From Actinomycetales bacterium (GTDB lineage Bacteria; Actinomycetota; Actinomycetes; Actinomycetales; CAVURS01): a DNA stretch of 36,075 nt. The number at the start of each line of letters is the position of its first letter. Position 1 is the stretch's first letter. Of the stretch, positions 9,559-17,569 are shown in pieces. Under the pieces are notes generated by a model. The model was not told where the DNA came from, did not search any database, and saw only the letters and a list, made by a program, of their open reading frames with translations. The translations under genes and the position numbers were made by a program. The stretch lies in contig JBJMHS010000002.1 in NCBI GenBank assembly GCA_045807245.1, positions 1 through 36,075 of the forward strand. The letters run 5' to 3'.

Positions 9559-9903
9559 GTGGCACGGATTCGCGTATCGCCTCGCCGCGGCGCCGCCGAC
9601 GCTGCAGTCGTGCTCGGCCAGCAGATCAAGGCTGGACGCATCGCGCGCAAGTGGACGGCGGCCGAGCTGGCCGAGCGCATCGGCGTCGACCGCCGTACTG
9701 TCGCCGCGATCGAAGCGGGCGACCCGGGCGTGTCGCTCGGCAACGCGTTCAACGCTGCCGACATCCTCGGGGTCCCGTTGTTCGGCGCGGAGGATCGCGC
9801 GGAGCTGGCGCGTCTGCGTCGCGAGGGGCGAGACCGCCTGGCGCTGCTGCCCACTCGGGTGGACAAGCCCAGGAGCAGGACAGACCCCGACGATGACTTC
9901 TGA
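9559..9903 (+). CDS. XRE-family HTH protein, HipB-like antitoxin
   Basis: LGQQIKAGRIARKWTAAELAERIGVDRRTVAAIEAGDPGVSLG HTH; overlaps the hipA start by 11 nt. Confidence 0.88.
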   Translation: MARIRVSPRRGAADAAVVLGQQIKAGRIARKWTAAELAERIGVDRRTVAAIEAGDPGVSLGNAFNAADILGVPLFGAEDRAELARLRREGRDRLALLPTRVDKPRSRTDPDDDF

Positions 9904-11125
9904 CCCGTACCGGGCACGGCGAGTCTTCGTCTGGACGTGGCTGCCCGGTGAATCGGCGCCTGTCGTGGCGGGGGCGGTTGACCGCGTGGGCGATCGTCTC
10001 GACTTCACCTACGCGCGGTCCTACCTCGACAACGAGAGGGCGATCAGCCTCTACGCGCCTGAACTCCCGTTGCGCCGTGGCGCCCAGGAACCGTTGGACG
10101 GCCTTACTGTCGCTGCCTGTCTGATGGACTCAACGCCTGACTCCTGGGGCGAGCGGGTCATCGGCAACCGCCTCGGCTCGGGAGACACAGAGCTCAGCGT
10201 CGAGACCTACATGCTGGAGTCCGGCTCCAACCGGCTCGGCGCCATCGACTTTCAGCAACGCCCTGACGAATATCGCCCGCGACTGGACACGGCCAGACTC
10301 GACGAGCTCTACGACGCTGCCGAAAAGGTCCTCGCGGGCGAGCCGCTGGACCCGGCTATCAGCGATGCGCTGATCAACGGGACCGCGATCGGTGGCGCGC
10401 ATCCGAAGGTCCTGATCAGCGACAACTCAGGCGTCCAGTACGTCGCGAAGCTGTCGGTCTCGGGCGACGTGCATCCGTGGATCCGGGCCGAAGCTGTGGG
10501 GATCGAGCTCGCGCGTCTGTGCGGCATCGAGGTGCCGGGCGCCGGCGTCATCACGTCAATGGGGAGGAATGTGCTGCTCATCGAGAGGTTCGACCGCATG
10601 CCTGGCGGTCGGCGTCGACACGTCGTGTCGGGTCTGACGATGCTTGGGTTCGACGCGCTCCTCGGCGCGCGCTATGGGTCGTACCCAGACATGCTCGATG
10701 TTCTGCGCGAGCTGGGGGGCGCCCCGCAGGACATCGGCCGCCGGCTCTTCGAGCGCGTCGTCTTCAACATCGCGATCGGTAACAACGACGACCACGCACG
10801 CAACCACGCGGCGTTCTGGGACGGCGAGAGTCTCGATTTGACCCCCGCGTTCGACCTGACCCCGCAGCCTCGGTCGACCGACACATCGGCTCAGGCGATG
10901 GCGATCGGTCGTGACGGCAGCCGGGTCAGCCAGTTCTCGGTCTGCGTGGCCGCGGCCGCTGACTACGGACTCTCCCGGCCTGAAGCCAAGCAGATCGTCG
11001 AGGGCATCGTTTCGAAGATCGAGGACCACTGGTATGAGGCGGCCGACGCAGCCGGGCTAGGTGCGGCGGACCGCAATGTGTTGTGGAAGCGGTCCATCCT
11101 CAACCGTTCGTCCTTCTACGACTGA
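9893..11125 (+). CDS. hipA: HipA-family kinase toxin (type II TA)
   Basis: N-terminal HipA coupling domain (FTYARSYL, PDSWGE), Gly-rich IGGAHPK, ERFDR, catalytic NNDDHARN, PAFDL. Confidence 0.92.
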   Translation: MTSDPYRARRVFVWTWLPGESAPVVAGAVDRVGDRLDFTYARSYLDNERAISLYAPELPLRRGAQEPLDGLTVAACLMDSTPDSWGERVIGNRLGSGDTELSVETYMLESGSNRLGAIDFQQRPDEYRPRLDTARLDELYDAAEKVLAGEPLDPAISDALINGTAIGGAHPKVLISDNSGVQYVAKLSVSGDVHPWIRAEAVGIELARLCGIEVPGAGVITSMGRNVLLIERFDRMPGGRRRHVVSGLTMLGFDALLGARYGSYPDMLDVLRELGGAPQDIGRRLFERVVFNIAIGNNDDHARNHAAFWDGESLDLTPAFDLTPQPRSTDTSAQAMAIGRDGSRVSQFSVCVAAAADYGLSRPEAKQIVEGIVSKIEDHWYEAADAAGLGAADRNVLWKRSILNRSSFYD

Positions 11126-11152
11126 GACATCACGAGGAGCCCCCGGCCGGAA

Positions 11153-11183
11153 GGCCGGGCCCTGCGAGGTGCAAGGCCCGGCC
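11153..11183. terminator. GC-rich hairpin between convergent hipA and Asp-box genes, likely bidirectional terminator
   Basis: GGCCGGGCCCTGC-gaggt-GCAAGGCCCGGCC: 13-bp stem with 1 mismatch. Confidence 0.65.
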
Positions 11184-11194
11184 CCCCGGGCGCC

Positions 11195-12829
11195 CTAGTG
11201 AATCTCGACGTTGGTGAAGATGTCGGTCTCACCGATTCCGGTGGTGACAATGGCGTTGTTGCGCCCGTCCGTCCAGACCGGGTAGACAGCGGCGGCGGAG
11301 GCCGCGAGGCCGTTGTAGTCCCCGATGAACGCACCGCTGGTGAAGAATCCCCGGTTGGGGTTCCAGTCTTGGGTGCTGATCCGGCCGCTGGTGAAGCTGC
11401 GTCCGTCATCCGTCGATGTCCCCTGCCAGGTGTTGATGCGCACATTGGCGGGGTCGAGCCGGCGGTCGAACCAGATCACCTGGAACACGCCGTTCTCATC
11501 GGCGGCGGCCCAGGGGAAGAACTGGTCGTTGCGGGCCGGCGTCGCACCCGTTGAGGTGCTGAGGAACTTGGCGTCCGACCAGTGCAGGCCACCATCCCGG
11601 GACAGCTGGTACGAGATGTCCGCTGCTGACACGGGGCGGTTGATGTTGTTCTGGTAGACGTACAGCAGGGTGCCGGTCGCACGGCTGTACGCGAGGGACG
11701 GCGTGTTCGGTGCGCGGAACGCGGTCGGCGGGAGGATGTCGTCCTTTGCCGCGTCCTTGAAGTCCTTGTACTGCCCGGCCTTGTCGATCCGTACGGCGTG
11801 CGCCAAGAACGAGTTGCCGCCGTTCGTCGACTTCTGGAACAGCAGATGCGGGTCGAAGGAGTCGTTGCAGTCCTCCGAGACGAAGCCGACATCGAGGGTC
11901 CCGTTCCTCTCCACCTGGGGGACGCTGAACTGGTTGGCAGATGCGCCCACACCGTTCGAACCCGGGTCGTCGGGCTGGATGGCGCGGTGGGTGAATGTCG
12001 TCAGCGAGGGGTCCGACGTCGGCACGGTGTCGGTGTAGGACAGCTGAATCGGGCAGAAGTCGCTGGCTCCGCTGGGCAGGATGTGGAACTTGGTGTAGGT
12101 GATGTAGACGCGACCGTAGTGCGGGCTGGTCGGGGTGTTGTCGACGGCCACGAGCTCCTTGTCATTGAAGACCGACTCGTCGACCGCCCCGGTGGTGTAG
12201 TTGAAGTTACTGGCCGCTCTGGCCGCCTGGCGGCCCGGGGTCCACGTCTTCCCGCTGTCGACGGACTTGTAGAGCTGCACTTCCGAGAAGGGCAGGGCGC
12301 GGAAGAAGCACAGCTGGGTCAGGTAGAACGCATGATCGCGGCGGCTGTAGGCGACACCGGGGTCACCGCCATTGCAGAAGTCACCCGTGCCCCGGAACTC
12401 CGGCGTGATGCGCGTCGTGAGCCAGTGCCGACCGCCATCGGAGGTTCGCATCACGGCGACACCGCCGCTGACGTAGTCATTGGCGGCCGCCACAGCGACC
12501 AGGGGGTTGGCCAGGCTGACCGCCACCGCAGTCTCGTTCTGCGGCAGCGGCGGGTTGCTGTCGTTGTTCATCTGTACGTTCGGGCCGCCGGAGGGCGCGG
12601 CCACCAGTGTCTTGCCCGCCGCGGAACCAGGGCTCGTGGCCGTCGCCAGGGCCTGCCGTACGCCGTTGGAGATGCCTCCGCTGTAGTTGTTGACGTGCAG
12701 CACCCAACGCGGTGTCTGACTCGCAGCTGTGCTCGGCGCCGACGCATTCGCCCCGGCCATGGGTCCGCTCGCGGCCAGCATGCCCCCCACCGAGGACACG
12801 ACAGCCAGCGTTATCGTCCGTCTTTTCAT
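11195..12829 (-). CDS. Secreted BNR/Asp-box beta-propeller protein (sialidase-like fold)
   Basis: Signal peptide MKRRTITLAVV...ANASA. Asp boxes TSDGGRHW, SVDSGKTW, STNGGNSF, SRDGGLHW, STDDGRSF; FIGDYNGL near the C-terminus. GGAGGAAGGA RBS before ATG 12829. Confidence 0.85.
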   Translation of the reverse strand: MKRRTITLAVVSSVGGMLAASGPMAGANASAPSTAASQTPRWVLHVNNYSGGISNGVRQALATATSPGSAAGKTLVAAPSGGPNVQMNNDSNPPLPQNETAVAVSLANPLVAVAAANDYVSGGVAVMRTSDGGRHWLTTRITPEFRGTGDFCNGGDPGVAYSRRDHAFYLTQLCFFRALPFSEVQLYKSVDSGKTWTPGRQAARAASNFNYTTGAVDESVFNDKELVAVDNTPTSPHYGRVYITYTKFHILPSGASDFCPIQLSYTDTVPTSDPSLTTFTHRAIQPDDPGSNGVGASANQFSVPQVERNGTLDVGFVSEDCNDSFDPHLLFQKSTNGGNSFLAHAVRIDKAGQYKDFKDAAKDDILPPTAFRAPNTPSLAYSRATGTLLYVYQNNINRPVSAADISYQLSRDGGLHWSDAKFLSTSTGATPARNDQFFPWAAADENGVFQVIWFDRRLDPANVRINTWQGTSTDDGRSFTSGRISTQDWNPNRGFFTSGAFIGDYNGLAASAAAVYPVWTDGRNNAIVTTGIGETDIFTNVEIH

Positions 12830-13055
12830 CGTGGGTCCTTCCTCCAGAGGGGGCGGGGGCCGGCTGTCCTCGCGAATCCCCATTTCTGCGATGCGATGCA
12901 GTCCGCTTCGAACCTTCGTGGGACACCTCGCACCTACCCCGATATGGGCACCCTCCTGCGCTCATCGTCGGGCGTCAAGGGGGCCGGATCTCCGCATGAG
13001 CGCTCGGTACATCTGCGTCCTCGTGGGGGGTCCGGCCGGGGTCCTCGCTGGGTGC

Positions 13056-13907
13056 TCAGGTCTTGAAGCCAGGCCGGTTGTGGGGGACCGCCAAGTCGGC
13101 GAGGACGCCGTAGTGATCGCTGGCCCAGACGCCGTTCACCGGTCGATCTAGGATCCGTCGGCAGTCCGCCACGTGCAGGCTTGGACCGTGCAGGCCGGCT
13201 CGCACGAGTATGTGGTCGATCTTGCGTGAGACCGCGGTCGCGACCTCACCTTCGACGACCAGCGGGTTGGTCACCTCGAAAGTGAAGCCGGGCTCGTCGG
13301 GGTGCACGTACTCCCACGCGTCCTGGTAGCAGACACTCACATCATCGGCGGGACGTCGGCCCCGCCAGAACTGCAGGCTGGCCGAGTCGGGCGTTGCGTC
13401 GAAGTCACCGAGCACCACCGCGTGCAGGTCTCGATCGCCGATATGCTCCTCGATCGCCCGCGCGACGAGGACCGCCTGCTGTTCGCGCTCGAGCTCGAAG
13501 GGAAACGGCCAGCTCGGCTTGTGGTGGGTGACGAGCATGGGTCCAACCGGTGTGTCCAGCTCGACGATCAGGGCCGCGCACCAGGGCAAGGTTGGCCGGC
13601 TCCGGTCGGTGATACGCAGGTCTATCTCTTGGACGACCCGGTGCGGCCAGCGGGTCGCGAGCGTTCCGGCCACGCCGTCTTCGGAGGGATGGGAGAAGTG
13701 ACTCAGGTGGTGGCCCGTGCCCACGAGGCGGGCCATCGTGTCCGGGGAGTCGACCGGTACCTCTTGCAAGGCGATCACGTCCGGATCCAGCACCCGGATC
13801 GTGTCGCCGACCAGCTGATGGCGCCGCTGCCAGTCCGGGTTGGCCGGTCCGAACACATTCATCGTGAGCACACGGACCGCAGGCGGTAAGGCGGCCGGAC
13901 TCACCAT
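13056..13907 (-). CDS. Endonuclease/exonuclease/phosphatase (EEP) family protein
   Basis: VLTMNV, DVIALQEV, LGDFDA, KIDHI, WASDHYGV. Confidence 0.9.
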   Translation of the reverse strand: MVSPAALPPAVRVLTMNVFGPANPDWQRRHQLVGDTIRVLDPDVIALQEVPVDSPDTMARLVGTGHHLSHFSHPSEDGVAGTLATRWPHRVVQEIDLRITDRSRPTLPWCAALIVELDTPVGPMLVTHHKPSWPFPFELEREQQAVLVARAIEEHIGDRDLHAVVLGDFDATPDSASLQFWRGRRPADDVSVCYQDAWEYVHPDEPGFTFEVTNPLVVEGEVATAVSRKIDHILVRAGLHGPSLHVADCRRILDRPVNGVWASDHYGVLADLAVPHNRPGFKT

Positions 13908-14011
13908 TCGCCGATCATGCCAAGGCCAACGGGTCTGCGCAGATCGAAGCAGATCGGAGCAAGGAGACAAGCCGACCCGGCGCTCGCGCGGATGGGCCGT
14001 ACTGTCGGCTG

Positions 14012-14497
14012 GTGCGGATTCACATCCACGGACGCAACGTTCCGGCCGTCGTGTCGCCGGACGGCCAGACCGGTACGCCGAGTGTCGGCGTCCAGCGTGG
14101 ACGCGCGCCCGCCCAGCTCCACCGCCTCGATAGAGCCACGGGCCATTGGGCCGTCGAAGGCCAGGTGTTCGAGCGTTCCGATGGCTCGATCGACGTGCGC
14201 GGGCCGTGGATCCAAGGACGGCGGGGCGACCGGTTCATCTATCTCACATGGGGGTTCGTCACAGAGATCGGCGAGTTCACCATGGTCCGCCGGACCAAGT
14301 TGAGGCTCGACGTCCTACCCGACGACATGCTTCGAGAGGCCGAGCGGGCCGGCCGACCACTGGTCGCGCACCTTGACCTCACCGCGCCCGATGGTTCACC
14401 GGTCACTGCGGCCGTCCGCCCGCCGCGGGTCCGCTGGAGCGTCGAGACGTGCGCCGAGCCGGACGCCGGCGAAGGGTCCGAGACGACGGTGCGCTGA
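14012..14497 (+). CDS. DUF5990-like protein
   Basis: VGVQRG, DVRGPWIQGRRGDRFIYLTWG, RRTKLRL, AAVRPPRVRWS. TACTGT lies 6 nt before the GTG. Confidence 0.8.
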   Translation: MRIHIHGRNVPAVVSPDGQTGTPSVGVQRGRAPAQLHRLDRATGHWAVEGQVFERSDGSIDVRGPWIQGRRGDRFIYLTWGFVTEIGEFTMVRRTKLRLDVLPDDMLREAERAGRPLVAHLDLTAPDGSPVTAAVRPPRVRWSVETCAEPDAGEGSETTVR

Positions 14498-14638
14498 CGT
14501 CCTGTCGCCGCGGGTGAACGACCGCGGCCGCTGGGGTGATGACGTGACGGGAAACGGCGAACGGCGGGTCTGGCCCGCTGTTAACGTGCCGCGGACGTCG
14601 GCCCGGTGCGAGCACCGCAGAGCAGAAAGTGTGCCCGC

Positions 14639-15205
14639 ATGCTGCGCAGGATGGTCGTCGCTGCCGCGCTGGTCGCCCTCGTCTCGGCCGTCGGCATCAG
14701 CGCCGCATCAGCCCAGAGCACCACCAAGACCTGGACGCACTCCATTGCCTCCGGCACGAGCTCGACGAGCACGGCGACCGTGACGTGGTCGCTCTCGACG
14801 CCGTCGGTGCAGATGGCGGTCAGCACCGGCCCACTGCCGACTGGCAGGTGTGTCACGGTCTTCTTCGACTGGGCCAGCAACGGTCACCACGACGCCCGCG
14901 CGCTGCGCGACTGCCGCAGCAACGACACGGTATCGATGAGCCTCACGGAGCCGACGCCGAACAACATCACCGGGGACCCGCAGAAGCTCGGCGTCTGCTT
15001 CGGCCCGGACAACAAGAAGGGCACGTGCGAGTTCGCCGCCGGTGACACCGGCACCGTCTATATGGACTGGTCGGTTTGGCCTGATCCGCTCCGGGGCAGC
15101 CCGTGCGACGAGAGCTGGACCAAGCGGACCCAGGACGGCGCGCTCGGGCAGTTCCTCGACCCGAACGCGATGCGGCCCACGCTGTTGCCCTCCGGGCTCT
15201 GCTGA
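14639..15205 (+). CDS. Secreted hypothetical protein with six cysteines
   Basis: Signal peptide MLRRMVVAAALVALVSAVGISAASA; strongly GC3-biased reading frame. No family recognised. Confidence 0.75.
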   Translation: MLRRMVVAAALVALVSAVGISAASAQSTTKTWTHSIASGTSSTSTATVTWSLSTPSVQMAVSTGPLPTGRCVTVFFDWASNGHHDARALRDCRSNDTVSMSLTEPTPNNITGDPQKLGVCFGPDNKKGTCEFAAGDTGTVYMDWSVWPDPLRGSPCDESWTKRTQDGALGQFLDPNAMRPTLLPSGLC

Positions 15206-15284
15206 CCTCGACGGTCGGCGCGGGCCTCACCCGTCCACAGGAGTGGATTGTCTGATTGACGCTAGTCGTACCCTTAGGACATAA

Positions 15285-15300
15285 TCGTACCTATGTTCGA
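15285..15300. promoter_or_regulatory. Putative LexA (SOS) box overlapping the DUF222 start codon
   Basis: TCGTAC-CTAT-GTTCGA has 1 mismatch to the actinobacterial TCGAAC-N4-GTTCGA consensus. CATAAT (-10-like) at 15280-15285. Confidence 0.65.
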
Positions 15301-16801
15301 TAGGTTCGATTCCGTCAACAGTGAGTCAGCGCCCGAGGAGTTCGCGGACGTCTCGGGCATCGTTCTGGCCCACCTGCTGGCGCCGCTGCTGGCTGACCTG
15401 TCCAGCGTGCCGGACGGCATGGATGGTGACGCTGCGCTGGTCGACGCGTCCGTCGCGCTGGCCCGGCTCGGCTCGTGGGTGGCGGCTCAGCAGGGCCGCG
15501 TCGCCGCCGAGATGTTGCGCCGGGCTCGCGCCGAGGTGGCCGCCGAGGCGTCGGTGCATCGGGACGGCCGCGGGACCGCGTCGGCCTTCTCGCACGACTT
15601 CGAGGACGAACGCATGGCCCGTTCGATGGTGTCGCTGGACCTGTCGCTGGCCCTCGGGATCACCGGCTGGTCCGCCGACCGGGACATGTTGCTCGGCGAA
15701 CGCCTCGCTCAGCAGCCGGAGCTCGGCCGCGCCTTGGCGTCCGGACGCCTCGATCGCCGCCGCGTCGAGATCATCCTCAGTGAGACCGCCCTCTTGACCG
15801 GCGCCGCGGACCGGCGCGCGGTCATCCGCATGATCGTCGGTGACGGCACCCACGCCGCCGACATAGCGGGCAACCGCGACGGCCTCATCCGCGAGCTGCG
15901 CCGGCCAGGGACCTCCTTGATCCAGCTCTCGCCCTCGAAGGTCGGACGGGCGGTACGGCGTGAGTGTCACCGCCGTGACGCGCAGATGGCGGCGACTCGT
16001 GAGGCCGCGGCCACACAGGCTCGAGGCCTGGCGTTCGGCATCCGCAGTGACGCCCAGGCCGAGATGGTGCTGACCGGCCCGGCCTGTGAGGTGTCCGCCG
16101 CGTACACGAACGTTGACCTGGCCGCGCGGGCAGCGCGTTCCGCCGGCGATCCGCGCAACCTCGACCAGCTCCGGCATGACGTCGCTGTCGGTTGGCTGAC
16201 CGAGGGTGCGTTCGGCACCTTGGTCGAGCGGCCGGACCAGCAGATGGCTGGCGGGCAGCACTCTCGGCGGGCGGTCCTGCCTCGACCGCGACAGGTGCTC
16301 ACCGTCATCGCCTTGAGTGATCGCACGGCGTTGGGGTTGGACGAGGACCCGGCCACACTGTTCGGACCGGACGGACAGGTGCCGCTGCCGGCCGCCGTCG
16401 GGCGGGCCATCGCCCACGACCCGGAGCTCTCGACGTGGCTCGGCCTGTACACCGACCCGCACACCGGCGTAGCGCTGGACGTGTCGTCGGGCTACCGGCC
16501 GCCGCCACGCCAGCGCAGGTTCGTCGCGTTGCGGGACGGCATGCGCTCCCGGCTGCCGTCCTCGAGCTCCACGCGGGTCGAGCTCGACCACGTACAGGCC
16601 TACAACCACGACGACCCGTCGGCCGGAGGGCGGACGACGCCGTCGGGTCTGGCCTGCGCCGGTCTGCGGGAGCACCACCTGAAGACCGATGGCGCGCTGA
16701 CCGTGGTCGGTGACGCCAACGGGCAGCTGAGGTACCGGACTCACACCGGTCATACCTATGTGAGCTGGCCCGAGATCTGGGCCGAGCCGCGCGCAGGGTG
16801 A
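15293..16801 (+). CDS. DUF222 (13E12 repeat family) protein with C-terminal HNH-like domain
   Basis: ALASGRLD, DPRNLDQLRHD, WLGLYTDPHTG, YRPP..QRRFVALRD, ELDH...GGRTT..GLA...HHLKT, YRTHTGHTY. Confidence 0.88.
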   Translation: MFDRFDSVNSESAPEEFADVSGIVLAHLLAPLLADLSSVPDGMDGDAALVDASVALARLGSWVAAQQGRVAAEMLRRARAEVAAEASVHRDGRGTASAFSHDFEDERMARSMVSLDLSLALGITGWSADRDMLLGERLAQQPELGRALASGRLDRRRVEIILSETALLTGAADRRAVIRMIVGDGTHAADIAGNRDGLIRELRRPGTSLIQLSPSKVGRAVRRECHRRDAQMAATREAAATQARGLAFGIRSDAQAEMVLTGPACEVSAAYTNVDLAARAARSAGDPRNLDQLRHDVAVGWLTEGAFGTLVERPDQQMAGGQHSRRAVLPRPRQVLTVIALSDRTALGLDEDPATLFGPDGQVPLPAAVGRAIAHDPELSTWLGLYTDPHTGVALDVSSGYRPPPRQRRFVALRDGMRSRLPSSSSTRVELDHVQAYNHDDPSAGGRTTPSGLACAGLREHHLKTDGALTVVGDANGQLRYRTHTGHTYVSWPEIWAEPRAG

Positions 16802-16813
16802 CCGCGAAAGCGC

Positions 16814-17569
16814 CTAGACGGCCTGGCCGACCAGCGTCCCGACCAGATAGGTGACGAGCATCGCCAGCGCGCCACCGATCACGTTGCGCCGGATGGCCGG
16901 CCAGCGTGGGGCTTGACCCAGCCCGGCGCTGAGCGAGCCGGTCACCACCAGGGCGGCGACGACGGCGGCGAACGTGACGACGATGCGCGCACCCGAGGGA
17001 GTCAACGCGACGGCCGCCAACGGCAACAACGCGCCGATCGTGAAGGCCACGAACGATGCGAACGCGGCGTGCCACGGGTTCGTCAGGTCGTCCGGGTCGA
17101 TGCCCAGCTCGGCCTCCGCGTGCGCTCCCAACGCATCGTGCTCGGTGAGCTGTTCGGCGACTTGGCGGGCCAGGTCGGCCGTCAGACCCTTGCCCTCGTA
17201 GATCGACGTCAGCTCTTGGAGCTCGGCGGCCGGGGTGTCCCGCAGCTCGCGCTTCTCCAGCTCGAGCATGGCCCGCTCGGTGTCGCGCTGCGTGCTCACC
17301 GACACGTACTCGCCCGCGGCCATCGACATCGCCCCGGCGAACAGCCCGGCGACGCCGGCCGTGACGATCGCACTGCGGCTGGACGACGCGCCGGCCACGC
17401 CGACCACGATCGCCGCGGTCGACACGACGCCGTCGTTGGCGCCGAGGACGCTCGCCCGCAGCCAGTTCAGGCGGGAGGCCAGGCTCTCGTCGTGCGGCTC
17501 ACCGTGCGGCGGCACCGGGAGTGCTGCTCCCTGCTCATCGCCCGGCACCGCGGCGGGGTTCTTGCTCAC
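16814..17569 (-). CDS. VIT1/CCC1 family Fe/Mn transporter
   Basis: RLNWLRASVLGANDG, AGAMSMAAGEYVSVSTQRD, ELGIDPDDLTNPWHAA. GTG 17569 overlaps the upstream TGA (GTGA); alternative ATG 17578. Confidence 0.93.
   Translation of the reverse strand: MSKNPAAVPGDEQGAALPVPPHGEPHDESLASRLNWLRASVLGANDGVVSTAAIVVGVAGASSSRSAIVTAGVAGLFAGAMSMAAGEYVSVSTQRDTERAMLELEKRELRDTPAAELQELTSIYEGKGLTADLARQVAEQLTEHDALGAHAEAELGIDPDDLTNPWHAAFASFVAFTIGALLPLAAVALTPSGARIVVTFAAVVAALVVTGSLSAGLGQAPRWPAIRRNVIGGALAMLVTYLVGTLVGQAV

Noticed and set aside
12830..13055. Possible riboswitch or ncRNA in the leader of the Asp-box gene
   Set aside because: Only a TTGACG -35-like hexamer and an RBS are evident, and I recognise no aptamer consensus. 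An Rfam/Infernal scan would be needed.
15293..16801. DUF222-HNH as an RNA-guided nuclease (IscB/Cas9-like) or an intact transposon
   Set aside because: No RuvC motifs, only 87 bp upstream and 12 bp downstream so no room for a guide RNA or array, and no terminal repeats seen.
8810..16813. Integrated element with att sites duplicating the ychF 3' end
   Set aside because: By eye I found no second copy of the ychF terminal sequence and no integrase or transposase, so no intact mobile element is called.
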